64,000 nucleotides of DNA, from positions 224,001 through 288,000 of the forward strand of contig CAVQUB010000008.1 in NCBI GenBank assembly GCA_963716725.1. Direction: 5' to 3'. Below the pieces are notes generated by a model. It was not told where the DNA came from. It saw only the letters and a program-made list of their open reading frames with translations, and made no database searches. The DNA is from an uncultured delta proteobacterium (GTDB taxonomy: Bacteria > Myxococcota_A > Polyangia > Polyangiales > Polyangiaceae). The translations under genes were made by a program, and so were the position numbers. Positions 28,683 to 38,529 of this stretch are shown one piece after another (positions within the stretch are counted from its first letter, which is position 1; each line of letters opens with the position of its first letter).

Positions 28683-31600
28683 ATGAGTGACGAGCCGCCC
28701 CACCCAGTGCCCGAGCGCCTCGCGGACTTCGAGGTCATCCGCCGCCTCGGTGCCGGTGGCATGGCCGAGGTGTTCTTGGCGAAGCGCCGCGGCGCCGAGG
28801 GCACTTACAAGCTCTTGGTCGTCAAGCGCATCTTGCCGCAGTTCGGCTCCTCCCGCCGGTTCCGTTCGATGTTCGCCGAGGAGGCGCAGCTGGCGACCCG
28901 GCTCAACCATCCGAACATCGTTCAGGTCTACGATTTTCAGGACTACGGTGACGAAGGTCAGCTCCTGAGCATGGAGTACGTAGAGGGTCCGGACCTTCGC
29001 AAGGTGATGCGCGCCGCGCGCAGCAATCAGAAGAAGATCCCGCCCTTCGTCGCGGCGCACGTGATTGCCGAGGTCGCCAAGGGTCTCCACTACGCCCACG
29101 AACGCCGCGACGAAGGTGGAGCGCCGCTCGAGATCGTGCATCGAGACGTCTCACCGCAGAACGTGTTGCTCTCGTTCGAGGGTGCGGTGAAAGTGGCGGA
29201 CTTCGGCATCGCGAGCGCCAACCTGTTCCGCGAAGAGCCCGGCGTGCTCAAGGGCAAGACGGCGTACATGTCGCCGGAGCAGGCGCGGGGCGAGAAGGCG
29301 GATCGACGCACCGACATCTACTCGCTCGGGGTGGTGTTCCATGAGCTTCTGACCGGTCGCCCGCTGCACGGCGCGGCTGAGGGGCAAGAGTTGCTCGACG
29401 TCGTGCGGGCCGGGGCTGTGGAGCCGCCGAGCACCTTTGCCCGGGACGTGCCGCCGGAGCTCGAGGCCATCGTGATGCGCGCCCTCTCCAAGGGGGTCGA
29501 GGACCGCTTCAAGAACGGTCGCGAGATGGCCGCCGCCATCACTCGCGTGCTCTTCCAGCAGCAAGAGATGATCGACGCCCACGTCGTCGAAGGCGTGCTG
29601 TCTCAACTCGTCAGCCGCGAGCACACGTCGCCGGGCGTCGACGCTGAGATGCAGAGCCAGGCCGAGAGCCAGTTCGGCGAAGACGAGAGCGACGTCAGCC
29701 GCTCTTCGGCCAGCAGCACCGGCACGGTCGAGCCCATGGCGCTGCCGACGGACGAGCCCACGGGGCCCGGTCGTCCCATTCGGCCGAAGCGCCAGCGCGA
29801 GGCCGGGCGAGAGGTGCGCCACGTTGCCATCGTGACCTTGCGTCTGCACGGCATCGACGAGCTCGAGAAAGCCATTGGGCCGGGTGGCGCGGCGCGTTTT
29901 CTCGAGCAGCTCCGGAGCACGCTCGACGAGATTGCGTTCAAGCGCGCCGCGCGTTGGACCTGGGAAGCTCGACAGTCGCCGGCAGGCGGCGGCTCGCCGG
30001 GGCACTCGACCGCCGGTCGCGCAGTCGTCGGGCTCACCGCCAACCCAGCACGCGCTCCCTTCGACGCGGCCGTGCTCGCCGTGGACGTCCACGAGGCCAT
30101 CCACGGCGCCGCGGACGATTTGGAGGTGCAGATCGTCGCCAGCGTCGGCATCGTACGCGGCGTGGCGACCGGTCGCCGCGACAAGGGAGGTCACCTCGTC
30201 GAGCACAGCCTGCAAGAGGCGGCCGACTACCTGTCCGGGCTTCTCGGTCAGAGCGCGCCTGCCGGTGCGACCTGGGTCGCTGGCGGCTTGTATCGCCTGG
30301 TCCGTCGAGACTTCGTCTGGGGCGACGCACCGACCATCGTGCTCGACGACGCGGTCGCCCGCGGCTTGCCGCAGAACATGCGGATCTACTCCCTGGTGCG
30401 ACCGCTGACTCGCGACGAGCGCCTGCACGAGACGGCCCAGGCCCCCCGCGACCTGATCGGTCGGGACTCCGAGCTGGCGGACCTCCAGGCGGCGTACCAC
30501 CAAGCGCTCACGCCGGGGTCGAACGGCGGCGAAGGACAAGTCACGTCGCGCGTCGTGTACGGCGAGATGGGCATCGGCAAGACCGCCCTGGTCGGGACCT
30601 TCCTGGCCGAGCTGCCGCCGGACGCGCGAGTGCTCCGCGTCGAGTGCTCGCCGTCTCGCACGGAGGTGCCCTTCTCGAACGTTGCCGAGTGGATCCGGCA
30701 GCTGACGAACACCAAGGCCGATCAGCCCATCGAAGAGGTCGCCGAGGCCATCACCGACGTGCTCGGCGACTTCGTGCTCGGCGCGAGTGGGCTCGAGATC
30801 GTGACTCGCATGGCCGAGCTGGTGGTGGGGCGAGTCGCGGCCGCCGCGGACGACGGCGACGTCGCTCACTACAAGCGGCTGATCGCCTCGGGTATCCGGC
30901 GCTTTTTTGCCAAAGCAGCCAGCACCTCTCCCTTGGTCGTGATGATCGAGGGCATTCAGTGGAGCGACCGCCCCAGCCTCGAGCTGGTGGCAGAGCTGCT
31001 CAAAAAGGGCGATCAAATTCCGCTCTTGGCCATCCTCGTCACGCGGCCTGACGACGCAACCGCGCCCTATATCGACGGCCTGGTGCGCATCGAGCTGGCC
31101 GGGCTGTCCGCCGAGAACCAGATCCGCTTGCTCCAGGCGCGCTTGGGGGCACGCGATGGGGTCGCTCAGGTGTGTGCGGACCTCTTGCCGCGCGCCGCGG
31201 GCAACCCGTTCTTTCTCATCGAGATGGTCGATGCGCTGCTCGAACGGGGAGCGCTCGAGCTCCACGAGCGAGATGGTGGCAGCCAAGAGCTGGTGCGGGT
31301 GGAGCGTCCGGGCGAGGTCGGGGCGGCGCTGCCCTCGACCCTCGAGCAGCTGATCGCAGATCGACTGGCCGAGCTGCCGCTAGAAGAGCAAGAGGTCATC
31401 GAATGGTTGGCGGTCGCCGGAGGGCCGCTCGAGATGGAGGATCTCGACGCACTCAAAGGCGAGAGCGCAGAAGAGCCAGTGATTCGCCTGTGCGCGCGAG
31501 GGCTCTGTGACACCAAGGGCGACGCCGTCGACGTCCGACACCCGCTCACCCGAGACGTTGCCTACCGCGGGCTCGAGAAACCAACGCGAGAGCGCATGCA

Positions 31601-33215
31601 CCGGCGACTCGGCCAGCACCTCGCCGGCTCACCGTTGGCTCGCGGGTTGACGGCGGCCATTGTCGCGCGACACCTGTCTCGGGGCAAGGCCAGCACTGAA
31701 GCCGCGGAGCTCTACCTGGAGGCCGCCACGGTCGCTCGCTCTAGCTATCAGGTGCAGCTCGCGACGCGCTACTATCGTCGAGCGCTGGCGCTCTTGCCCG
31801 CCGACGACCTGAAGCGGCTCGAAGCCCACGAAGCCCTGGAGAACATCACACGTTTCCAGGGGCGCTGGCGCGAGCGCCGCCGTCACCTGATGTCCTTGCG
31901 CCAGCTCGCGCGAAAGTCGGGATCGGCGGGTTGGGCAGCCACTGCGCTGTTTCGAACGGCGCGTTTCGAACAAGATGAGGGCCACCTCGCCCGCGGACTG
32001 ACCAGCGCTCGGCGCGCCGAGCAAGTATCGCATCAGATCCAGATGCCGGTGCTCGAAGCGCAGACTCAATCGCTCATGAGCGAGATGCTGCGCGACCTGG
32101 GCGACATGCAGGGCGCGCTCGCGGCCTGCGATCGGGCCCTCGAGACCGCCGGCCATCCCGACGTGCCACCTCGCTTCCGTGCGGAGGTGCTCCGAACCCG
32201 CGGGACCCTCCTGCGGCGCGTCGGACGCACGGACGAAGCCGTGGACGCCCACGCGGAGGCCATCGCGGTCTTCCGTCAGGCCGGAGCCCGTCGCCAAGAA
32301 GCGCGCGCGAAGAACTCCCTCGCCTACGCGCTCTTCGTGCTGGGGCGTTTCGAGGATGCCATCGCGCTGGCGCTCGACGCGATTCGAATCGACCTGGCCA
32401 TCGGCGGCCGCTTCCAAATCGCCAAGACGCTGTCGAACATCGGGCAGTGCTACGCACGGCTCGGTGATGTGCAGCGCGGGCTCGCCTATCTGAGGCGCGC
32501 GCGCGAGGCCCACGAACGCTATGGTGACCAGGACGCCCGCGCCGACACGCAGCTGTGCACCGCCGAGGTATTGCTCGATCTCGGTGACATCGCGGCGGCC
32601 GACACCTTCGTCGGCGATGCCGGCGCGCTCACGGCCGTCACGGGGAGCGCCTATGACTCGGTGCACGAGAAGATTTTGCGTGCGCTGCTGGCTCGCGCCA
32701 CGGACGACTCGGGCAGTGCGGTCATGTTCGCCTTCGACGCGCGTCAAGCGGCAGAAGCCCAGGCCTACGTCGCCTATCACTTCTACGCGATGGCGATCGA
32801 AGCCGCAGCGCGCGCCGACATCGGCGAGTCGCACACCGGCATTCTCTTGGCGACGACGGCCATGGGTGCCATCGACACCATCCAGGGCTCGGAGTACGGC
32901 CTGGAGACTCGCGCGCTCTGCCTCGAGGCGCTCGAGCGGTCCGGATCGCCTCAAGCCAAGGAGATGAAGAAGCGCGGACGGAGATTCGCCCACGAGATCT
33001 TCGAGTTGATCCGCGATCCCGAGCTCAAGCATCTCTTTTGTCGCCGGCCCGCGGTGGCAAAGCTGTTCGGAAGCGAGCCGCCGGAGTTGCCGGAAGTCGC
33101 TGGCGTGCACGACAAGACGGAGCCGCCGCCGCTGCCCTCGGACTTCCCTCCGTCGAGCGAGCCGCCGCCCGCCGAATTGGCGGAAGGCGTTCAGTCGGAC
33201 GAAGAGTTGGGGTAG
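28683..33215 (+). CDS. Ser/Thr kinase / degenerate cyclase-like / STAND (AAA) ATPase / TPR multidomain protein
   Basis: GAGGMAEV, HRDVSPQN, DFG; Walker A GEMGIGKT; GNPFF; C-terminal TPRs. Confidence 0.9.
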   Translation: MSDEPPHPVPERLADFEVIRRLGAGGMAEVFLAKRRGAEGTYKLLVVKRILPQFGSSRRFRSMFAEEAQLATRLNHPNIVQVYDFQDYGDEGQLLSMEYVEGPDLRKVMRAARSNQKKIPPFVAAHVIAEVAKGLHYAHERRDEGGAPLEIVHRDVSPQNVLLSFEGAVKVADFGIASANLFREEPGVLKGKTAYMSPEQARGEKADRRTDIYSLGVVFHELLTGRPLHGAAEGQELLDVVRAGAVEPPSTFARDVPPELEAIVMRALSKGVEDRFKNGREMAAAITRVLFQQQEMIDAHVVEGVLSQLVSREHTSPGVDAEMQSQAESQFGEDESDVSRSSASSTGTVEPMALPTDEPTGPGRPIRPKRQREAGREVRHVAIVTLRLHGIDELEKAIGPGGAARFLEQLRSTLDEIAFKRAARWTWEARQSPAGGGSPGHSTAGRAVVGLTANPARAPFDAAVLAVDVHEAIHGAADDLEVQIVASVGIVRGVATGRRDKGGHLVEHSLQEAADYLSGLLGQSAPAGATWVAGGLYRLVRRDFVWGDAPTIVLDDAVARGLPQNMRIYSLVRPLTRDERLHETAQAPRDLIGRDSELADLQAAYHQALTPGSNGGEGQVTSRVVYGEMGIGKTALVGTFLAELPPDARVLRVECSPSRTEVPFSNVAEWIRQLTNTKADQPIEEVAEAITDVLGDFVLGASGLEIVTRMAELVVGRVAAAADDGDVAHYKRLIASGIRRFFAKAASTSPLVVMIEGIQWSDRPSLELVAELLKKGDQIPLLAILVTRPDDATAPYIDGLVRIELAGLSAENQIRLLQARLGARDGVAQVCADLLPRAAGNPFFLIEMVDALLERGALELHERDGGSQELVRVERPGEVGAALPSTLEQLIADRLAELPLEEQEVIEWLAVAGGPLEMEDLDALKGESAEEPVIRLCARGLCDTKGDAVDVRHPLTRDVAYRGLEKPTRERMHRRLGQHLAGSPLARGLTAAIVARHLSRGKASTEAAELYLEAATVARSSYQVQLATRYYRRALALLPADDLKRLEAHEALENITRFQGRWRERRRHLMSLRQLARKSGSAGWAATALFRTARFEQDEGHLARGLTSARRAEQVSHQIQMPVLEAQTQSLMSEMLRDLGDMQGALAACDRALETAGHPDVPPRFRAEVLRTRGTLLRRVGRTDEAVDAHAEAIAVFRQAGARRQEARAKNSLAYALFVLGRFEDAIALALDAIRIDLAIGGRFQIAKTLSNIGQCYARLGDVQRGLAYLRRAREAHERYGDQDARADTQLCTAEVLLDLGDIAAADTFVGDAGALTAVTGSAYDSVHEKILRALLARATDDSGSAVMFAFDARQAAEAQAYVAYHFYAMAIEAAARADIGESHTGILLATTAMGAIDTIQGSEYGLETRALCLEALERSGSPQAKEMKKRGRRFAHEIFELIRDPELKHLFCRRPAVAKLFGSEPPELPEVAGVHDKTEPPPLPSDFPPSSEPPPAELAEGVQSDEELG

Positions 33216-33227
33216 GTTTCGCCTTCC

Positions 33228-34490
33228 GTGAGCGACAAGCCTCAGCGCCGGCGCCTCGCAGTAATCCTCTCGGGCGGTGGCGCGCGTGGCGCCTACGAAG
33301 TCGGAGTGCTCTGGTACCTCTTCGACGAGCTCACGCGCTTGCGCGGCGCTCCGCCACGGGTCGACATTTTGTGTGGGACCAGCGTCGGCGCCATCAACTG
33401 CGCGTACCTGGCCGCACATCTGGCGGATCCCGTGCTGGGCATGCGTCGACTGGTCGACGTGTGGTCGAGCCTGAAGCTCGACGACGTGCTGGGCTTCGGG
33501 ATTCGGCAGGCCATCAGCCTGCCGCGGGTCCTGCTGGGTGGCGCCGCGGGTGCCGGCATCTTCGACGTTTCACCGATGGCCCGGCTGGTGCAGCGCGAAG
33601 TGCCCTGGCGCGCGGTAACGCGCACCTTGAAGAGCGGAGTGCTCAAGGCGCTCAGCGTGTCCGCCACGGAGGTGGGCACCGGCCGTACCGTGATCTTCAT
33701 GCAGACGGGGCCGAGCACCTCGTTGCCGACGCGCGCGCCGCCGCGCACCCTGATCCGCGCCGAGCGCATCGGCCCTCAGCACGCGCTGGCTTCGGCGGCC
33801 ATCCCGCTCCTGTTCCCGCCGGTCCAGATCGGCAGCCAGCTCTACGTGGACGGCGGCGTACGCCAGAACACCCCCGTCGCGCCGGCCATTCGGCTGGGAG
33901 CCACCCACGTGCTGGTGGTCGGGACCTCACGGCTCGTGCGCGGGGTCACCCATCCCATCCCGGGGCCCATCTCGGCGCCCAGCGCTACCGTGCTGCTCGG
34001 CAAGATCATGAACGCGCTCTTGCTCGACCACCTCGACAACGATCTGGGTTTCGTGAACCTGCTGAACGATCTGATGCTGAGCGGGGAGGGCGCCTTCGGC
34101 GGCGAGTTCGTGGATAAACTCAACGAGTCCGCATTGACCCGCGGAGGCCACTCCTTCCGCCCCATCGAGATGCTCGTCGTGCGCCCCACCGAGGGCATCG
34201 GCAAGCTCGCGGCGGAGTACATGCGCCACGGCAAGCTGCGCTCGGGTCCCCTTGTCACCAAACAAGCGCTCAAGCTCCTGGACGCAGGCGGAATCGACGA
34301 CGCAGATCTGGCGAGCTACCTCTTGTTCGACGGAGGTTTCGCGCGCCGCTTGATCGATCTCGGTCGTAGTGACGCCCACGCCCGCCGCGCACAGGTCTTG
34401 GACTTCCTGGGGGCGGCGGAGGACGACGCACCGGTAGAGGGTGGCGGAGAAGGTGGCAGCTGGACCCTGCCGCCGCCCGCGGTCGGCTGA
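33228..34490 (+). CDS. Patatin-like phospholipase
   Basis: GGGARG, GTSVG, DGG motifs. Confidence 0.92.
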   Translation: MSDKPQRRRLAVILSGGGARGAYEVGVLWYLFDELTRLRGAPPRVDILCGTSVGAINCAYLAAHLADPVLGMRRLVDVWSSLKLDDVLGFGIRQAISLPRVLLGGAAGAGIFDVSPMARLVQREVPWRAVTRTLKSGVLKALSVSATEVGTGRTVIFMQTGPSTSLPTRAPPRTLIRAERIGPQHALASAAIPLLFPPVQIGSQLYVDGGVRQNTPVAPAIRLGATHVLVVGTSRLVRGVTHPIPGPISAPSATVLLGKIMNALLLDHLDNDLGFVNLLNDLMLSGEGAFGGEFVDKLNESALTRGGHSFRPIEMLVVRPTEGIGKLAAEYMRHGKLRSGPLVTKQALKLLDAGGIDDADLASYLLFDGGFARRLIDLGRSDAHARRAQVLDFLGAAEDDAPVEGGGEGGSWTLPPPAVG

Positions 34491-34799
34491 CTACGTCAAA
34501 GCGAACGCCGCTTCGAGCTCCGCTTCGGCCTTGGCCTCACCTTGCTTCTTGGCCAGGGCGATGCCCGCCGTGAGCCAGCCCTTGGCTTCGTCGCTGCGCG
34601 AGGTGTCGATCAGGAGCTGTCCGACCATCAGATACATGGGCAGGTAGTCGGGATCGGCGTCACGCAGCGCGGTGAACGCGGCGAGGGCTTCGTCGTGGCT
34701 TCCGGCCTTCCGGTATTCCATCGCCAGCGCGTAGCGCGCGAAGGAATCGGCGCTGCCGCTCGCCACCATCTTTTCGAGCATCTCGAGCCGCTTGTTCAT
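34491..34799 (-). CDS. Small TPR protein
   Basis: MNKRLEML..DSFARYALAMEY..YLPMYLMVGQ; start set at ATG 34799. Confidence 0.75.
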   Translation of the reverse strand: MNKRLEMLEKMVASGSADSFARYALAMEYRKAGSHDEALAAFTALRDADPDYLPMYLMVGQLLIDTSRSDEAKGWLTAGIALAKKQGEAKAEAELEAAFALT

Positions 34800-34877
34800 G
34801 ACGGATGAGTCGTCGAGCAGGCGAGGGCAGGTGTCAAGGTTGCTTCGAGCTCGAAGGCGGTCCATTTTTGATGGCCT

Positions 34878-36896
34878 GTGGCAGATCTCGCTCCGGGCGC
34901 CCGCCTCGCGCATTTTTCCATCCAACGCCGCCTGGGCGCTGGCGGAATGGGAGTGGTCTACGAGGCGCTCGACGAGACGCTCGGTCGAAAGGTCGCCGTC
35001 AAGGTGCTGGCCCCCGAGCTGGTGGGATCCGAAGAACGTCGGCAGCGATTCTTGCGCGAGGCTCGCTTGGCGGCGGCCATCAGTCACCCCAATGTCGCTA
35101 CGGTGCACGAGATCGACGAGGTCGCCGGCCAGGTCTTCATCGTCATGGAGCTCGTGCCCGGCCAGAACCTACGCGAGGTGATGGCGCAGGGCCGGATGAG
35201 CGTCTCGCACGCCCTCGAAATCGCCCTCGGCATCGCCCGGGCTGCTGGCCACGCCCACGCCGCCGGGGTCATTCATCGCGACCTCAAGCCCGAGAACGTG
35301 ATGGTGCTGCCGGACGAGCGCGTGAAGGTCCTCGACTTCGGTGTCGCCAAGCTCGACGTCGACATCGGGAGCGCGAACACCCTGCCGGCGGGCGGCGCCA
35401 TCACCGAAGAGGGGCGTGTGCTCGGGACCCCCGGCTACATGGCGCCGGAGCAAGCCCGCGGTGAGCCGGTGGACGCGCGCTCGGATGTCTTTTCGATCGG
35501 CGTCGTCCTCTACGAGATGGTCGCCGGGGCGCGTCCCTTTCAGGGAAAGTCGTCCATGGACGTGATCGTCGCCACGACACGCGACGATCCCCTCCCCGTC
35601 TCGCGTCACAACCCGGGCGCGCCGCCCATCGTCGAGTCCATCGTGCGTCGCTGCCTCGCCAAAGACCCCGCGGAGCGCTTTTCCGGTGCCGACGAGCTCT
35701 CTCGAACCTTGGAGGCGGCGGCGCGCGAGGTGAGTCTCCACGAGATGGCGACCACGCAAGCGATGCCCACTCCCTTCCCGTCGACGCCGCCGCGACCTGT
35801 CGCGCCGACTACCACCGCGGCAACCGCGCTGCCTGCGAGCCCTCCGGCGCGCGCGAGGTCGGCCAGGGGTCCCGCGCTGCTGGCGCTGGTCGTGGCCTTC
35901 GCCATCGTCGGTTATGCAGGTGCGAGGCTGATCAAGCACGAGCGCGCGCCCGCCGCCGCGACCCCTTCGGCGCCGGCGCCGGCGCTCGCGCCGAGGCTTG
36001 GGCTCGAAACCCTCGCTCGCTACGGCGACGAAGCAACCTCGGGCGCCGCGCTGTCCCCCGGCGAGTGGGAGACCGCCGCGTTCGACTTCGAGCGAGCCGC
36101 CCACCAAGCTGGAGCGCCGAAGCGTTGGATGGCGGCCCATCTTCATTGCATCGGCATGCGCGATCTTGCTCACGGCAAGCTGGACGCGGCGGAGCGGTCA
36201 CTGAGAGCAGCCACGGCACACGACGCTGCTTTCGCGCTGCCGCACGTCGGTCTGTCCGCGCTCCTCGTGCGCCAAGGCAAGCTCGACGATGCGATCCGAG
36301 CAGCTCAGACCGCGCAGAGCCTCGCCCCGGACCTGGTCGTGGCCATCGCCGCGGCGGGGCGGGCCTACGCCGCCGCCGGACGCAACACCGACGCCATCGA
36401 GCAGTTCCGTCGGGCGCTGGCGAAGTCCCCGGGTCCTGGACTGCGCGCGCAGCTCGCTCTCGCCTACCACCACGCAGGTTTCGACGACGCTGCTCTGCGA
36501 GAAGCTAGCGAGGCGTTGAAGGGCGACCCCGACAATGTGATGTCGCACGTGCTCGTCGCTGAGCGAGCCCTCGAGGAGGGCGACGGCAAGCGCGCGTTCG
36601 AGCACACCGAGCGCGCTGTGGCCGTCGAGCCACGCAATGCGGCTGCCTGGCTCGCGCACGGCGATGCGCTGCTCTTGCTTCGCCGGGAAGTGGAGGCCAA
36701 AAAGGCGCTGACTGAGGCCCTGCGGCTCTGGGGTGAGACCAAGCAGGTCGGGGCGCCCGTCGCTCGCCTGGAGCTCGCCAAGACCGCGCTCGCCGCGGGC
36801 AAGCTGCCCGAGCTGCGCGGGGCAGGGCGCGCCAGTCCCGGGCGCAGCGCTCCGCGATCGATCCGATCCCTGCCCGCGAAACCCGCGGCGAGGTGA
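34878..36896 (+). CDS. Ser/Thr kinase with TM and extracytoplasmic TPR region
   Basis: GAGGMGVV, HRDLKPEN, DFG, GTPGYMAPE; TM; TPR-like repeats. Confidence 0.92.
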   Translation: MADLAPGARLAHFSIQRRLGAGGMGVVYEALDETLGRKVAVKVLAPELVGSEERRQRFLREARLAAAISHPNVATVHEIDEVAGQVFIVMELVPGQNLREVMAQGRMSVSHALEIALGIARAAGHAHAAGVIHRDLKPENVMVLPDERVKVLDFGVAKLDVDIGSANTLPAGGAITEEGRVLGTPGYMAPEQARGEPVDARSDVFSIGVVLYEMVAGARPFQGKSSMDVIVATTRDDPLPVSRHNPGAPPIVESIVRRCLAKDPAERFSGADELSRTLEAAAREVSLHEMATTQAMPTPFPSTPPRPVAPTTTAATALPASPPARARSARGPALLALVVAFAIVGYAGARLIKHERAPAAATPSAPAPALAPRLGLETLARYGDEATSGAALSPGEWETAAFDFERAAHQAGAPKRWMAAHLHCIGMRDLAHGKLDAAERSLRAATAHDAAFALPHVGLSALLVRQGKLDDAIRAAQTAQSLAPDLVVAIAAAGRAYAAAGRNTDAIEQFRRALAKSPGPGLRAQLALAYHHAGFDDAALREASEALKGDPDNVMSHVLVAERALEEGDGKRAFEHTERAVAVEPRNAAAWLAHGDALLLLRREVEAKKALTEALRLWGETKQVGAPVARLELAKTALAAGKLPELRGAGRASPGRSAPRSIRSLPAKPAAR

Positions 36897-36900
36897 TCGG

Positions 36901-37350
36901 CTAGTCCGCGCCCGCGTCCGTCGCGCCACCCGGAGAGGCCATTGCGACGACGCGCAGCCAGAATTCCGAGCAGGTGTCGTTGCGGATTTGGATGATCTCG
37001 TCGTCGACGCGTTCGATGACGGCTTGGTTGCCCGCGCTCTCGCTGGTGTTGTTGCCGGGGAGCGGCTTCTCGCTGAACGCCAGGTAGGTCGCGACAATGG
37101 GGGGCGTCACTCCGAGCTGGTGTTCGAGCTGAAAGCGTCGACCCGAAGGGAAGTGAAGGTAGGGGCCTTCCCACGCCGAGGTAGAATAGGTCGAGCCGTT
37201 GGCCGACACGCTGCCGCCCTTGAAGCGCACCGGGTCGGAGTCGGCGGTCTCACACGGCGGGCTGCACGCCGCCGCACTCGAGAGCATCGGGAGGCCGAGG
37301 GCGGACACGAGCCCCAGAGTGAAGAGCCTCCGCCGCGTGCGCGTCGTCAT
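36901..37350 (-). CDS. Hypothetical lipoprotein
   Basis: RRR plus hydrophobic signal, AAAC lipobox. Confidence 0.6.
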   Translation of the reverse strand: MTTRTRRRLFTLGLVSALGLPMLSSAAACSPPCETADSDPVRFKGGSVSANGSTYSTSAWEGPYLHFPSGRRFQLEHQLGVTPPIVATYLAFSEKPLPGNNTSESAGNQAVIERVDDEIIQIRNDTCSEFWLRVVAMASPGGATDAGAD

Positions 37351-37362
37351 GAGCCGAGTCTG

Positions 37363-38292
37363 TCAGTTCCAGCCCAGGGCGACGATGTGTTTGGCGAGTG
37401 CTTCGGCGACCTCTTCGACGCGGGCGATTTCCGCCGCGCGGAACGGGCGTGAAGCGCGACCCACCTCGATCATCGCGCTCATGTGGCCGTCGACCATGAC
37501 GGGCACCATGGCGACGCCGCGGGGCCCGGGAAGGCAGCGAGTCATCCGTCCGGCGATGTAGCGTCCGGCCTCCCCGAGGCGCGGTTCGCCCATCACCGTG
37601 TGGCCGGCCTGCGCCGCGAGCAGCGCCGGGTCGTTCGAGGCCAGGCGTTCGCCCAGAAGCAGCTCGGCGTCCGGCCCGTGCGCGAAGCTGGTGACGGTCG
37701 CGCCTAGATCGACGCGGCTCATGTGCACGACGCCGACATGCGCACCGGCAGCGGTCACCGCCGTGGATAGGGCGAGCAACATCGCCTGCTCGAGATCCGT
37801 GGCGCTGTCGAGCACGCCCGCGGGATCGATGGCGGCCGGCCGCATCGACGGCAGCTTCGTCGGCTCGTGGGCGCTGAGCTCTTCTTGCGTGGGGGGAGGC
37901 GGCGGTTCGTTGCAGGGATTGCTCGCGCGCTCCTCGGCCGCGGCGCTGACCGCGGCCAAATGCTGGATGGCCTCTTCGCGCTTGGCAGCAGAGAGCTGCT
38001 CGAGCTCCTCGAGCCGGCGCCACACCCTCCAGCTGTCGTGACGCACGAAGGAACCCGCCGGGATCCGGCCGGAAGCGACGCCCCGGCGGAGCAGCTCGTA
38101 GCTGACTGGGCCAACCGCGTTGACGCCGTCGGTCACGAACCAGCGATCGAGACCAGAGATCTGTAGTCCGATCACACCCTCGACGGCCGGTTCCGATTCC
38201 TGCGCCGGCGCCGCGCAGGGATCGGTCTTCTCCACGCTGGGGGGGCGACTGCTGGCGCCTTCGTTCGAGCGATGTTCCGATGACAATTGCAT
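37363..38292 (-). CDS. GYF_2(DUF4339)-like plus GAF-like domain protein
   Basis: WFV..VGPVSYELL..W motif; C-terminal AMVPV..EVGR..F..EI GAF-like pattern; start set at ATG 38292. Confidence 0.6.
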   Translation of the reverse strand: MQLSSEHRSNEGASSRPPSVEKTDPCAAPAQESEPAVEGVIGLQISGLDRWFVTDGVNAVGPVSYELLRRGVASGRIPAGSFVRHDSWRVWRRLEELEQLSAAKREEAIQHLAAVSAAAEERASNPCNEPPPPPTQEELSAHEPTKLPSMRPAAIDPAGVLDSATDLEQAMLLALSTAVTAAGAHVGVVHMSRVDLGATVTSFAHGPDAELLLGERLASNDPALLAAQAGHTVMGEPRLGEAGRYIAGRMTRCLPGPRGVAMVPVMVDGHMSAMIEVGRASRPFRAAEIARVEEVAEALAKHIVALGWN

Positions 38293-38529
38293 TGGCTTTC
38301 CCCCAACCTGACCTCTGAGCCCCTTGCTCGGAGTCGCCGGACCATTGGTCCGGCATGGGTGGCACTCACGACGCACGCGGCGCTCTCCCGAGGGTCGGCC
38401 GTTTGTCATTTGACCTGAGCACGTGTCAAGGCCCAGCGCCCCGACGCAGTGTGCCAAATCCGTGAAAACGCGGGCTTGGCGGCGCTGAAGCTCGCAACCC
38501 ACCCAAGTGGCACTACGCTCCCGGCCAGC

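Noticed and set aside
29151..33419. Long minus-strand ORFs (711 and 596 aa)
   Set aside because: Antisense shadows of the STAND kinase, expected at high GC3; no motifs
38360..38375. TGGCAC-N7-GC as a sigma-54 promoter for cobA
   Set aside because: The -12 context (ACGC) is a poor match and there is no supporting activator site
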